Below, piece after piece: positions 37,997-47,907 of a DNA stretch of 64,000 nt (positions are counted from its first letter, which is position 1; the number at the start of each line of letters is the position of its first letter). This stretch comes from Pelagomonas calceolata. Its lineage: Eukaryota. The position numbers were made by a program, and so were the translations under genes. The notes beneath the pieces are model-generated. The model saw only the letters and a program-made list of their open reading frames with translations. It did no database searches and had not been told where the DNA came from. The DNA lies in NCBI GenBank assembly GCA_918797485.1, contig CAKKNE010000002.1, forward strand, positions 3,348,001 through 3,412,000. Reading direction: 5' to 3'.

Positions 37997-38589
37997 ACCG
38001 CGCCGCGGCCGCCGGGGCTCCTCTGTATTTTTGAACCGGAGCCGGGCGCCCGCGGCCCTTCGGTGGGTGGGCCTCGCCCCCCGCCGCGAGCGTTGTTGGC
38101 CGGGGCGGGCAGCCCCCCGGCGCGCGCTCCTGAGTGGCCGCGCGGGAATCTAGCCCAAGGCGCCCGACGGGGCGCGCGTGGTGCGGGCGCGCAGACGGCG
38201 CTGTACCGCCGACTCCGCTATCGTCGCGCGAGGAGAATTAAGAGCAAGTGGTGCGGGGTGGCAAAAAGGGGGGGGTGATTATGTACCTTACCTTATACCT
38301 TACCTTATCTAGTTGGGACAAAAAGGCAAGGCCAAAGAACAGTCAATGGGCGCAGGGGCCCGGCCTCTGGAGCTCACGGGTTTCGAAGACAGCTTCAGAC
38401 AAAAGCACCACCTTCGCCGACGCAAGAGGAGACTGAGGAGTGGCTCGGCGGTCGGAGGCCGTACGCGTGGCTCTGCGGTGACTTTCAACTATGAACTAAT
38501 TACGTCGGCACGGTCACAATGTGTGCACTATGGTCAGAACTTGGGGCCCAGACCAAGGGTGAGTCGGCGATGGGGGTCGAAGTTGGGGC

Positions 38590-41500
38590 TCAAAAGCCGG
38601 GCGCCTCGCCGCCGCCCAGGAAGAGCGGCTCGCACGCGAGGAGGAAGCGCGGGAAGTCGAGCGCGTCGGCGTCGTCGCCGTCGTCGACGTCGACGCCGCC
38701 GAGGCCGCGGCCGGCGGCGCGCGCGCGAGCCGCGCGCGCGTGCGCCTCGAGCGCCGCGCCCGCGTCGCGCTCGTCGGCGCCGACGCAGCGGTCGACGCCG
38801 AGCGCCGCGCGCACGTCGTCGCCGCTGACGGCGCTGGCGCCGTCTGCGTCGAGCACGTCGAAGGCGTCTTCTAATGACCTCTCCGAGGGCGCGAGCGTGC
38901 CGCCGCCCACGTGCAGCGCCGCAAAGGCCCGGAACGAGAGCGGGCGGCCCACGCCGCTCGCGTCGGCCGCGTCGAAGAGGGCCGCCGCCTCCTCGACGCC
39001 GCAGCCGCCCGCCTCGCCGCCCAGCGCGAGGAAGAACTCCGAGAGGCCCAGCGCGCCGTCGCCGTCCCGGTCGAGCGCGGCGAAGCCCCGCCGGCAGTCC
39101 TCGAGCCGGTCGGCCGGCGCGCGCGCGGCGACGACGTGCGCGACGAGCTTGCCCAGGCCGTCCAGCTTGGCGAAGGCGCGCGCGGCGTGGCGCGTCTCCG
39201 AGCAGAGCCGCGCCGAGGGCCGCGCGTGCTCGACGCGCAGCCAGGGCTCGCGCAGGGCCTGCTCCGCCGTCAGCCGCTTCTCGACGTCGCGCTCGAGCAG
39301 CCGCGCGACGAAGAGCCGGGCCTCGTGCGACGCGCCCCGCCAGAGCCGCGCCGGGAACTGCAGCGGCGCGCGCGCGACGCGGCTCAGGATCTCGCGGTCC
39401 GTGCGGCCCGCGAACGGCGGGCAGCCGCTCAGGAGCACGTAGACGATGACGCCCATCGACCAGAGGTCGCAGCGCGCGTCGTGGCCCCCCCGGAGCACCT
39501 CGGGCGCCACGAAGTAGAAGCTGCCGACGCGGTCGCTGAGCCCGCCGGTCCGTCCGCGGTCGCGGCGGGCGTGGCCGTTCTCCGGCCGATCGGACATGAC
39601 GACCGTCGCCGGCGACCGCGGCCGCGTGGCCAGGCTCGCGTCGTCCTCGGCGTCGTCCATGTCGAGGTCCGCGAGGTCAGAGCCACTGCGGCGCTTCGTG
39701 ACCGCGTCCGAGAGCGTGCGCGGGGCCTTGCGGCCCGGCGACGGCGGCCCGTTCGCGACGATGCGCGGCGGCGGCGCGAGCGGCGACGCCGGCGCCGTCC
39801 GCGGCGTCGCGGGCGTCGGCGTCGAGGCCCGCGCCGGCGTCGGCGTCGCCGCGCGCGGGTCCGGCGTCGGCGGCGTCGCCCGCGCCGGCGCCGCCGCCCG
39901 CGCGGCGGCCTCGAGCTGCTCGTCGCGCGAGTTCGCCGCCCGCACGACGGCCTCGAGCTGCTCCTCGAGCGCCTCGCGCGACGAACATGACGAGGAGTCG
40001 TCGAGCGACCGCGACAGCCCCTCGGGCACGCGGCGGCTCAGGCCGAAGTCGACGAGCTTGAGGGGCGCGCCGGGCGCGGCCGACGCCAGGAGCCAGTTCT
40101 GGGGCTTCAAGTCGCGGTGGCAGACGCCGCGCGCGTGCATGTAGCTCACCGCCGACAGCATCTCGCGCGCGAAGCGCTGCGCCGTCGCCTCGTCGAGCGG
40201 CCGCGGGCGCCGGCCGTGCGGCGAGCCGGCCGTCAAAAAGGCCCAGAGCTCGCCGCCCGTGCAGAGGTCGAAGATCAGGTGGACCCGCTGCTTCTCGTAG
40301 AAGACCTCGTGCAGCCGGCAGATGTGCGGGTGGTCCAGCTTGCGCGCCGCCGAGATCTCGGCGTGCAGCCGGTCCCAGCACGCGCCGCCCCGCAACCTGA
40401 TGGTCTTGCACGCGAACTGGCCGCCGTCGCTCTTCCGCGTGCAGCGCCGGACGACGCCGTACGAGCCCCTCCCCAGTAACTCGTCGTCCACGACGTACTT
40501 GTCGCCCACGGCGCACGGCGCGCCCGACGACGCCGCGGCCCCGTGCCGCAGGCGCTCGTCCGCCGCGTCGACGGCCGCGAACGGCAGTTCCACGCCGACG
40601 TCGAGCGCGCACAGCACGTCGAGGCAGCCCTGGGCGCGGTTCCGGCCGCTCGCGTCGAGCTCGGCCAGGGAGTCGACGCGCCGGAACAGCGCCTGCGGCG
40701 GCCGGTCGCTCGCGGCCGACGCCTGCCGCGAGATGGTCCGCAGGTCGGCGTCGCGCGCGTCGTAGAGCGCGCGCTCGACGACGCAGTTCTCGAGGAGCGG
40801 CGCGTGCGTCTTCGCCGCGCGCCGCGCGTAGGCGAGCTCCGACGCCGCCGTGCGTTTTAAAGGAGCCGGCAGGTGCTGCGCGGCGCACCGCACGCCCTCG
40901 AGCCGCACGCAGGCCGCGTGGAACTTTAGAGCAGCGGCCTCGCCGCAGGGCGCGTTCTCGACCATGGCGCCGCCCTCGAGGAGGTCGTCGCCCTCCGTGA
41001 TCTCGGCCTCGGCCGTGGCCACGAGCCGCGCGGCGGCCGCCGCGTCCATGTCCGTACTTTGCTCCGCGAGGTCCAGCCGCTGCACGTCCGTGGTCACCTC
41101 CTCCAGGCGGCGCTTCCGCTTCTTCTCCGCGCCGGGCGGCGTCTCCACTTTGTGCGGCTCGGCGCGGTACGCGGCGAAGAACGTGTCTTGGACGCCGCAC
41201 CCGCTGATGGCGCCGCAGGCGTCGGCCTCGATGGACGACGCGCGCCGGGCGAAGGGCGGCGGCTGCGGCGGCGCCGCGCGCGGCCAGTGCTCGAGGAGCT
41301 GGGCCGTCGCGGCCGCGAGGCGCTCGCGCTGGCGCGCCTCGTCGCCCGGCCCGAAGACGGACCGCAGCCGGTCGCCGAAGCCGGAGAAGCTCGAGGCCGC
41401 GGCGGCCGGCGCCGGCGCCGCGGCCTCGTCCTCGACCCGGGCCAGCTCCTTCTGCGCCTCGCGCACCGACACCTCGGCGAAGAGGACCGTCTCGGCCCAC

Positions 41501-41694
41501 GTCCGCGCGACGCCGGGCGCGGCCTCCGTGCCCCGTAGCAGGCCGTCGGCGTGGCGCAGGAAGGCCAGGGCCGCCGGGGGGCACGTCCGCAGCCGCGACG
41601 CGAACTGCACGAGGCCCGCGAGCGCCGCGAGCACGTCGACGGGCTGGTCGGCGCGGCGGCCCGCCGTCATGGCGTCGTAGGTCTGGAACGACAT
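38590..41694 (-). CDS. Calcium-dependent protein kinase-like (CAMK group) with EF-hands and long N-terminal extension
   Basis: LGRGSYGVV, FACK, HRDLKPQN, DFG, APE, CDLWSMGV; EF-hands DRDGDGALGLSE and DADGASAVSGDD. Confidence 0.88.
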   Translation of the reverse strand: MSFQTYDAMTAGRRADQPVDVLAALAGLVQFASRLRTCPPAALAFLRHADGLLRGTEAAPGVARTWAETVLFAEVSVREAQKELARVEDEAAAPAPAAAASSFSGFGDRLRSVFGPGDEARQRERLAAATAQLLEHWPRAAPPQPPPFARRASSIEADACGAISGCGVQDTFFAAYRAEPHKVETPPGAEKKRKRRLEEVTTDVQRLDLAEQSTDMDAAAAARLVATAEAEITEGDDLLEGGAMVENAPCGEAAALKFHAACVRLEGVRCAAQHLPAPLKRTAASELAYARRAAKTHAPLLENCVVERALYDARDADLRTISRQASAASDRPPQALFRRVDSLAELDASGRNRAQGCLDVLCALDVGVELPFAAVDAADERLRHGAAASSGAPCAVGDKYVVDDELLGRGSYGVVRRCTRKSDGGQFACKTIRLRGGACWDRLHAEISAARKLDHPHICRLHEVFYEKQRVHLIFDLCTGGELWAFLTAGSPHGRRPRPLDEATAQRFAREMLSAVSYMHARGVCHRDLKPQNWLLASAAPGAPLKLVDFGLSRRVPEGLSRSLDDSSSCSSREALEEQLEAVVRAANSRDEQLEAAARAAAPARATPPTPDPRAATPTPARASTPTPATPRTAPASPLAPPPRIVANGPPSPGRKAPRTLSDAVTKRRSGSDLADLDMDDAEDDASLATRPRSPATVVMSDRPENGHARRDRGRTGGLSDRVGSFYFVAPEVLRGGHDARCDLWSMGVIVYVLLSGCPPFAGRTDREILSRVARAPLQFPARLWRGASHEARLFVARLLERDVEKRLTAEQALREPWLRVEHARPSARLCSETRHAARAFAKLDGLGKLVAHVVAARAPADRLEDCRRGFAALDRDGDGALGLSEFFLALGGEAGGCGVEEAAALFDAADASGVGRPLSFRAFAALHVGGGTLAPSERSLEDAFDVLDADGASAVSGDDVRAALGVDRCVGADERDAGAALEAHARAARARAAGRGLGGVDVDDGDDADALDFPRFLLACEPLFLGGGEAPGF

Positions 41695-43221
41695 GGCGGG
41701 GGGCGGGTGGGATCACCGGTTACTCCCGCCCCTCCGGCCGCACCGTGGAGAGGATGCGTGCGGCCTCTGGAGGTGCGGGAGGGCTCGGTGGGCGCAGCCG
41801 CGGGCGCTGGGGCCCCCTGCTTACGCGATGGCTGCCCTGCGCGCCGACCGGGGCAGCTCCGCTCGGCCTTTCGAGCTCACGAGCTTTATTGGCTTCGGAC
41901 ACACGAAGCCATCGATGGAGAAATGCGGCAGTTGAAGCGGCGTTGAGGATGGGTTCGGGCGATTGGTGGGCGTGCGGGAGAGTCCTCGGAAGCGTCTGGG
42001 GGCAGGCCCGCTTTTCGTGCGGGTTTTGCCAAAACCCGGCGGATCGAAAATTATATGCACCAAAATCGGTCAGGGGGCGTTTCTAGGTCTCTTCTAGATT
42101 CTAGCAAAATTACATACAAATGGAAAAATATGGACATGAGTTTGGACTCACTGGGTCCCGCGCGGCCCTTGGCTTCGCAAGGAGTACCGCTGGGCCTTCT
42201 GAGGGGCGGCCGGCGCAGGCCCGGTGCTCGGGCGAGGCCGGCTGGGGGCGCTCTGAGTCACGGGGACCGCGGGACCGCGCTGGGGCCGCGGCGTGGGCGC
42301 GCCGCGGCCCGGGACGTCGCCCGCGGGCAACCCGTCGCCGTCGTCGCCAGTTTCGGGCTCCTCGCCGGCGCCGTCGTCATCGTCGCCAGCGATTGGGTCT
42401 AGTCCGTCGCTGCCCTCGTCCAGGGCTTCGCACAGGTCATTTGCGACGTCGTTCGAGTCCTCGGCGTCCACGTCCTCGCCCACCAAATTATCTCCAAAAG
42501 CCTGCTAATCAATGTGGTACCAGCTTTGGTGTGCTCGCCAGGGTTTACCTGGTCGTCCGGGTCAATCACCCATCTAACGATTGGGGAGACAAGGTCGAAA
42601 ACTGCAAGCTATCCTTTCGTGGGCTCGTCAAATTATTGAAACACCCCGACGTTAAAGCCGACGTCGCGAAAGTTCGAGGTGCAAGAGGTCGAGAATTCGT
42701 CTACAAGGCTGAATCGTTAGCGGTCGAGTTGTCTGGCTCTTCGGACGACGACAACTAAGACGTGCTTCTCTCGGATCTCTGGTAGGCGTCGACGGCGCTG
42801 CTTTACTTCATCCGCCTCTGCCCGCGCGGGGCTTTCGTGCCGGGGAAACCTTACCATGGCGACGTCTGTGTGAACGAGTGTCCTAACTATGGTTTTATGT
42901 TATCAGTCTTCTCGTGGCCGGGAGAGCGCGTCAAGGGCCCTTCGACAGCCGGTCCCCGAGGCCGGCGTCGCGGCGTTCCTGCCGCTCTGGCGGGCGGATC
43001 GTGGCGCCCTGCTGCGCCGCATGCTCGCGGAGGGCCTCGAGATCGTCTTCTGTGCTTAAGGCGCCGTGCGGGTTTTGACATGAGATCGATACCCGTTTTG
43101 AAGCGCTGTGGCACCTTGGGGCGACGCTGTCGCTCTAGGGTTATTGCAGGCGCTGTCGCAGGCGTTTTGCTCATCAATTCGTAACCCATAGAGCGAGTGC
43201 GGTTTCGGGAGCAGCAGCGCG

Positions 43222-46200
43222 ATGTTCGCCCCCGCGCGCTTCCCGGCGCTGGCGCTCCCCGAGGACGTCGGCGGCATGCTCCTCGACGACGGCGGCGTCG
43301 AGGTCGCGTGCACGCCGCTCCACGCCGTGGCGTCGGTCGCGCGGCACGACGTCGTCGGCGCGCCGCCGCGCGAGCTCTGCGTCTTCGGCGTCGTCGACGC
43401 GGTCAAGATTTTTGACGGCGGCGGCGACGACGAGAGCAGGGCGCGGCTCGTCGTCGACCTGCGGAGCGGCCCGGCGCCGACGGACCGGTGCGAGGCGTGG
43501 TTCTTCGGCGGCGCGGCGCTCGGCTGCCGCGGCCTCGCGGCGCCCGGCGTCGCGCTCGTCGCGGCGAAGGCGCGGCTGGGCTGGGCCGACGGCGGCTACG
43601 GCGTGGTCAAGTGCTGGGCGCGGGCCGTCGTCGCGGCGGTCGACGACGCGACGCTCGCGGCGGCCGAGGCCGCGGGCCTGGGCCGCAAGCGGCCCGACTG
43701 GACGGCGGAGCAGTGCGTCCGCGCGGCGGCGTCGAAGCTCCGGGCCCTGCGCGCGCAGCGCGAGCGGCGCGGCGCGTGGGCGGCCGCGAGCGACGTCGGC
43801 GACGACGTGCGCGCGAAGCGCTGCTGGCTCTGCGGCGACGCCTGGGCGCCGACGCGGGGCGGCGGCGACGCGCTCTGCGCGTCGTTCCCGCTCTGCGGCG
43901 GGCGGCGCCCGCACGGCGCGCGGAACCCGCGCGCGGGCGCGCGCGCCTTCGGCGTCGAGCTCGTGCCGGGGCTCGAGCGGTTCCGGTTGCGGTGTTTGCC
44001 GCGGCCGCGCGGCGAGCCGCGCGATGCTATTGAGACGCTGCGCGGCCAGGCGCGGGAGCTGGGCCGGGCGACGGCGATGGACTGCGGCGGCGACTGGCCG
44101 ACGTTCCCCGTTCAACGCTTGGTCGAAGTGGAGCGGTTCCTAGACGCGGCGTGGCGGCGGGGCGAGGTGCGGGGCGTGCGCAAGGCGCCGCCGGCCGCGG
44201 TCGCCGCGGTCAGGAGCAAGCCTTTACCAATTACGGACGCCGACGTCGCCGACGCGTTACGGGATGTGCCCCCGGCGTTACTAGAAACGCTGGCGCCCTT
44301 CCAGCGCTACGGCGCGGCCGTCGCGCTGCGCCGGAAGCGCGTTCTACTGGCGGACGAGATGGGCGCGGGCAAGACGATGCAGGCGCTCGCGGCGCTGGCC
44401 GTCGTGTTGCACCGAGGCGCCTCTGCATTAATCGTCTGCCCCGCGGGCTGCCGCGCCATGTGGGCCCACGAGATCGAGCGTTGGCTGCCGAGGCTCACGC
44501 CGCGCGATATCACAATCGTGCGGTCGTCGCTCGACGCGCCGGCGCCGCCGCCGGCGAAACCGCCCCGGGTCGTGGTCATCTCGTTCCAGATGCTCGAACG
44601 ATTACGGGAGCTGGACGTGGACGGGCCTTTTACCTTCGACGCGGTCGTCGTCGACGAGGCCCACGCGATGGGCGTCTCCGTGGGCCGGCCCGAGGTCGAG
44701 GCCGAGGCCCCGCGGACGAAGCGCATCCTGGCGCTGGTGAAGCGGGCGCGGGCCCTCGCTTTATTATTATCAGGGACGCCGACGTTCTCGAAGCCGCTGT
44801 CGCTGTTCCCGCTCGTGGACGCGCTGGCGCGGGGCGGCGAGGACGACGGATTGAATTGGCTGCCCGCGCGGCGCGTCGCGGAGCGGCGCCTCCAGTTCTG
44901 CCGCCACTTCTGCGGCGCGCGGCGCTACTACGGCGGGCGGCGCGGCGCGGCGGCGTACGACGCCACGGCCTTCACGGCGGAGCTGCACGCGATCCTGGGC
45001 GGGCTCTGGATGCTGCGGCGGCTGAAGCGGGACGTGCTCACGCAGCTGCCGCCGCTGCGCCGCGTCGTTCATAGATTAGACGACGCGGCGACGGAGGCGC
45101 GCGTCGACGAGGCCCAGGCGATGACGGCCTTCCACGCGGCGGGGCGCGCGAAAGTGAGGAGCGCCGCCGCCTACGTCGTGCGGCGCCTCGCGCGGGACGA
45201 CGCGTCCAAGCTCGTCGTCTTCGGCCACCACGTCGACGTGCTGGACGAGCTGTTCCAGGGCATCGAGGCGGCGCGGGACGCGCCGGGCGCCGACGAGGCC
45301 GAGGGCCGGTGGCGGGGCGGCGACGCGGGGCGCATCGACGGCGCGGCGTCGGGCGAGGACCGCGCGAGGAGCATCCGGCGGTTCCGCGACGATAAGGCGG
45401 CGCGGGTGCTGGTCGTGTCGGTGACGGCGGGCGGCGTGGGCGTGGACCTGAGTGCGGCGTCGGAGGCGGTCTTCGTCGAGGCCGTCGGGCTCGAGGCGAC
45501 GTGGCTGCGCCAGGCCGAAGATAGGCTCCATCGCCGGGGGCAGACGCGGCGCGTCGTGTGCACGTACCTATTGGCCGCGCCGGGGTCGTGGGAGGACGCG
45601 CGGTGGCCGCGCGTGCACGCGTCGTTACGGGCGACGTCGTCGCTCGTCAACGGCGAGGCGCGGGCGGAGCGCTTCGCCGTGTGCCGCCGGTCGGTGGTGT
45701 CGCGGGAGAGCGTGGCGTCGGCGCCCGTCGCGCCGTCGCCACTAAGGACGCCGCCGCCCACGACGCCCACGACGCTGGACGCGTGGCGCTGGACGCTCGA
45801 CGACGACTCGGACGACGACGACGACGACGACGATGATGAAGAGGACGCGATCTTCTTCGAGGTGTCGCCGCACTCGGGCCGCGTCCACGTCCACGCGGCG
45901 GCGGACGGCGCCCGGCCGCTCGCGGCGAACTGCGCGCTCGACGACCTCGAGGTGCCGCGCGCCGTCGCGCGGCGGAGCGGCGTCGCCGCGGCCGCCGCGG
46001 CCGCGCTGCGCGCGCTGCCGCGCTGCCTGAACCAGGACGGCGCCCGCTGCCGCGCGGCCTGGCGCTTCGCGCGCGACTGGGCGCGGCTCACGACGCAGCA
46101 GCGCGGCTGCCTGCTGGGCGTCTGCGCGCGGTCGCCGCTCGCGGACGCGTGCGCGGCCGTGCACGTGGCGCGCGCGCGCGCGGCGACGGCGCGGGCCGCG

Positions 46201-46965
46201 CCGTCGACGCGGCGCCACGTGCCCTGGCAGGAGGTCGTGGCCCTCGCCTCGAGCCAGCACCGGTGCCAGACGATCCTGGTGCGCGTCGAGAACCGGGAGC
46301 GGCTGGGCCTGGCGCCGATCCGCCAGGCCTACGACCCGCAGACGCACCAGGCCAAGTGCCTCGCGTGCCCGACCTTTTACGCGTGCGCGCCGCGGCGGCG
46401 GTCGCTCTTCGCGGGGTCGCTGCAGGAGCTGTTCTGCGGCAGGGCGTGCCGCGAGGCCTACGCGTGCCAGACGTCGGCCCAGGGGCTGCGGCGCGTCGTC
46501 TTCGCGCGGGACGGCGGCGTCTGCGCGCTGTGCGGCGCCGACGGCCACGCGCTCGTCGAGCGGCTGCGGGCGCTCGCGGCGGCGCCGCACGGGCGGCGCG
46601 TCGCGGCGGCGCTGCGGGCGAACGCGGCGTGGGCCGACTTCCCGAGATGTCTGGACCGCCTGCTGGAGAAGCCGAGCGACGGCCGCGCGTGGGAGGCGGA
46701 CCACGCGGTCCGCGTCGCCGACGGCGGCGGCGAGGCCCTGGCGGACCGCGTGCAGACGCTCTGCGTGCCGTGCCACAAGGCCAAGACGAAGCAGGAGGCG
46801 AAGCGCGCCGCGGCCGAGCGGCGCGCGGCCAAGAAGAAGCCCCGCGTCGCCGCCGGCGACGACGACGACGGCGACTGCCGCCTCGAGTGCGTCCCCGTGA
46901 AGACGGCGAAGGAGTTCCTCGCCGCCGTCGCGGAGGAGGAGGACGACGACGACTCCTGGCTCTGA
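43222..46965 (+). CDS. ZRANB3: ZRANB3/SMARCAL1-like SNF2 annealing helicase with C-terminal HNH endonuclease
   Basis: LADEMGAGKTMQA, VDEAH, LSGTP, RRLKRDVLTQLPP, GGVGVDL, QAEDRLHRRGQ; C-terminal RDGGVCALC...WEADH...GGGE...QTLCVPCHKAKT. Confidence 0.88.
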   Translation: MFAPARFPALALPEDVGGMLLDDGGVEVACTPLHAVASVARHDVVGAPPRELCVFGVVDAVKIFDGGGDDESRARLVVDLRSGPAPTDRCEAWFFGGAALGCRGLAAPGVALVAAKARLGWADGGYGVVKCWARAVVAAVDDATLAAAEAAGLGRKRPDWTAEQCVRAAASKLRALRAQRERRGAWAAASDVGDDVRAKRCWLCGDAWAPTRGGGDALCASFPLCGGRRPHGARNPRAGARAFGVELVPGLERFRLRCLPRPRGEPRDAIETLRGQARELGRATAMDCGGDWPTFPVQRLVEVERFLDAAWRRGEVRGVRKAPPAAVAAVRSKPLPITDADVADALRDVPPALLETLAPFQRYGAAVALRRKRVLLADEMGAGKTMQALAALAVVLHRGASALIVCPAGCRAMWAHEIERWLPRLTPRDITIVRSSLDAPAPPPAKPPRVVVISFQMLERLRELDVDGPFTFDAVVVDEAHAMGVSVGRPEVEAEAPRTKRILALVKRARALALLLSGTPTFSKPLSLFPLVDALARGGEDDGLNWLPARRVAERRLQFCRHFCGARRYYGGRRGAAAYDATAFTAELHAILGGLWMLRRLKRDVLTQLPPLRRVVHRLDDAATEARVDEAQAMTAFHAAGRAKVRSAAAYVVRRLARDDASKLVVFGHHVDVLDELFQGIEAARDAPGADEAEGRWRGGDAGRIDGAASGEDRARSIRRFRDDKAARVLVVSVTAGGVGVDLSAASEAVFVEAVGLEATWLRQAEDRLHRRGQTRRVVCTYLLAAPGSWEDARWPRVHASLRATSSLVNGEARAERFAVCRRSVVSRESVASAPVAPSPLRTPPPTTPTTLDAWRWTLDDDSDDDDDDDDDEEDAIFFEVSPHSGRVHVHAAADGARPLAANCALDDLEVPRAVARRSGVAAAAAAALRALPRCLNQDGARCRAAWRFARDWARLTTQQRGCLLGVCARSPLADACAAVHVARARAATARAAPSTRRHVPWQEVVALASSQHRCQTILVRVENRERLGLAPIRQAYDPQTHQAKCLACPTFYACAPRRRSLFAGSLQELFCGRACREAYACQTSAQGLRRVVFARDGGVCALCGADGHALVERLRALAAAPHGRRVAAALRANAAWADFPRCLDRLLEKPSDGRAWEADHAVRVADGGGEALADRVQTLCVPCHKAKTKQEAKRAAAERRAAKKKPRVAAGDDDDGDCRLECVPVKTAKEFLAAVAEEEDDDDSWL

Positions 46966-47018
46966 CGAGTGTTTGTGTGACTCCCCAAGTATAAGTACGA
47001 TCACTGTGCTCGTGTCGT

Positions 47019-47241
47019 CTCAGGCTCCGGCTAGTTACGTCGCGGGGTCCCCGGTACCCCTCCCGCGTCTCAGGCTCAGGCTAGTTACGTCGCTGGGTCC
47101 CCCGTACCCCTCCCGCTCCCCCCGGGCCCACCCGTCCGGCTGGACGCTGTGGCTGTGGCTAGTTACGTCGCGGGGTCCCCCGTACCCCTCCCGCTCCCCC
47201 CGGGCCCATCCGTCTGGCTGGACTAGGACGCAAGGGCTGAG
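47019..47241 (-). repeat. G-rich dispersed repeat, three tandem units (one truncated); same family as 28378-28586
   Basis: GGCTAGTTACGTCGCGGGGTCCCCCGTACCCCTCCCG units at about 47029, 47079 and 47157, ending GGACTAGGACGCAAGGGCTGAG. Confidence 0.9.
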
Positions 47242-47461
47242 TCGCAGGGACTCGCACGCCCCCCCTCTTTTTTGGGACGACCCCCCGTCAGCTTTGCTAG
47301 TGTCTTACCCGCTAGCTGCCGTGGCCGCTCACAAGCTAAGCTAGCACTTGGCACTGCCGCAGACCTCTCGCAATTGCAAAAGGCAGCCGTGCCGGTCTGC
47401 GCACCTCGTCCCGAGGCTGCCCGCGACGAGTGGTTGCGCCAGGAACGCGCGCGTAGCAAAA

Positions 47462-47794
47462 ATGAGCACCAAACCCAAAAAGCGAACTAAGCCGGTGCAG
47501 GCTCCCCCCGCGGCCCAGCCGCAGCCGCAGCGAACGCGACAAAAAAAGAAGAAGCCGCCGATGATGGCGATCCGCATCGTGCTTTATGGTATTGTGGCGT
47601 TCGTCGTCGCGCGGCGCAATCGCAACAAAACCGGCGGCGCCACCGCAGGGCCGCTGACCGCGCTCGCGAACCGCCTCTTGGGCCAAACCGGCGACGCCGC
47701 CACCGGCGCGCCGGCGGCCGAAGCCGGGGCCGCGTCGCCGCAGACGGCGCGGCGGCCCGCGGACGAGTCGGAGGGGGACGAGTTCGACGACTAA
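47462..47794 (+). CDS. Small single-TM hypothetical protein
   Basis: ATG at 47462, basic N-terminus, hydrophobic IVLYGIVAFVVA segment. Confidence 0.5.
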   Translation: MSTKPKKRTKPVQAPPAAQPQPQRTRQKKKKPPMMAIRIVLYGIVAFVVARRNRNKTGGATAGPLTALANRLLGQTGDAATGAPAAEAGAASPQTARRPADESEGDEFDD

Positions 47795-47907
47795 TGTGAA
47801 CCCGTGTTTCTCCCGTGCCAGGGCGGCCAAGCAGGCCTAGCTCAAGCAAAGCAGAGGTATTCGGAGCAAGTAAAGAGTTATGTGCAAAGCGCGGTGCGCA
47901 GGGGCGG

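Noticed and set aside
41720..41736. TACTCCC Stowaway/mariner-like terminus
   Set aside because: No matching inverted end found nearby.
47019..47241. Possible CRISPR array (repeated units; also the dispersed 24-bp motif)
   Set aside because: No unique equal-length spacers, no cas genes, eukaryotic context, and motif copies are kilobases apart.
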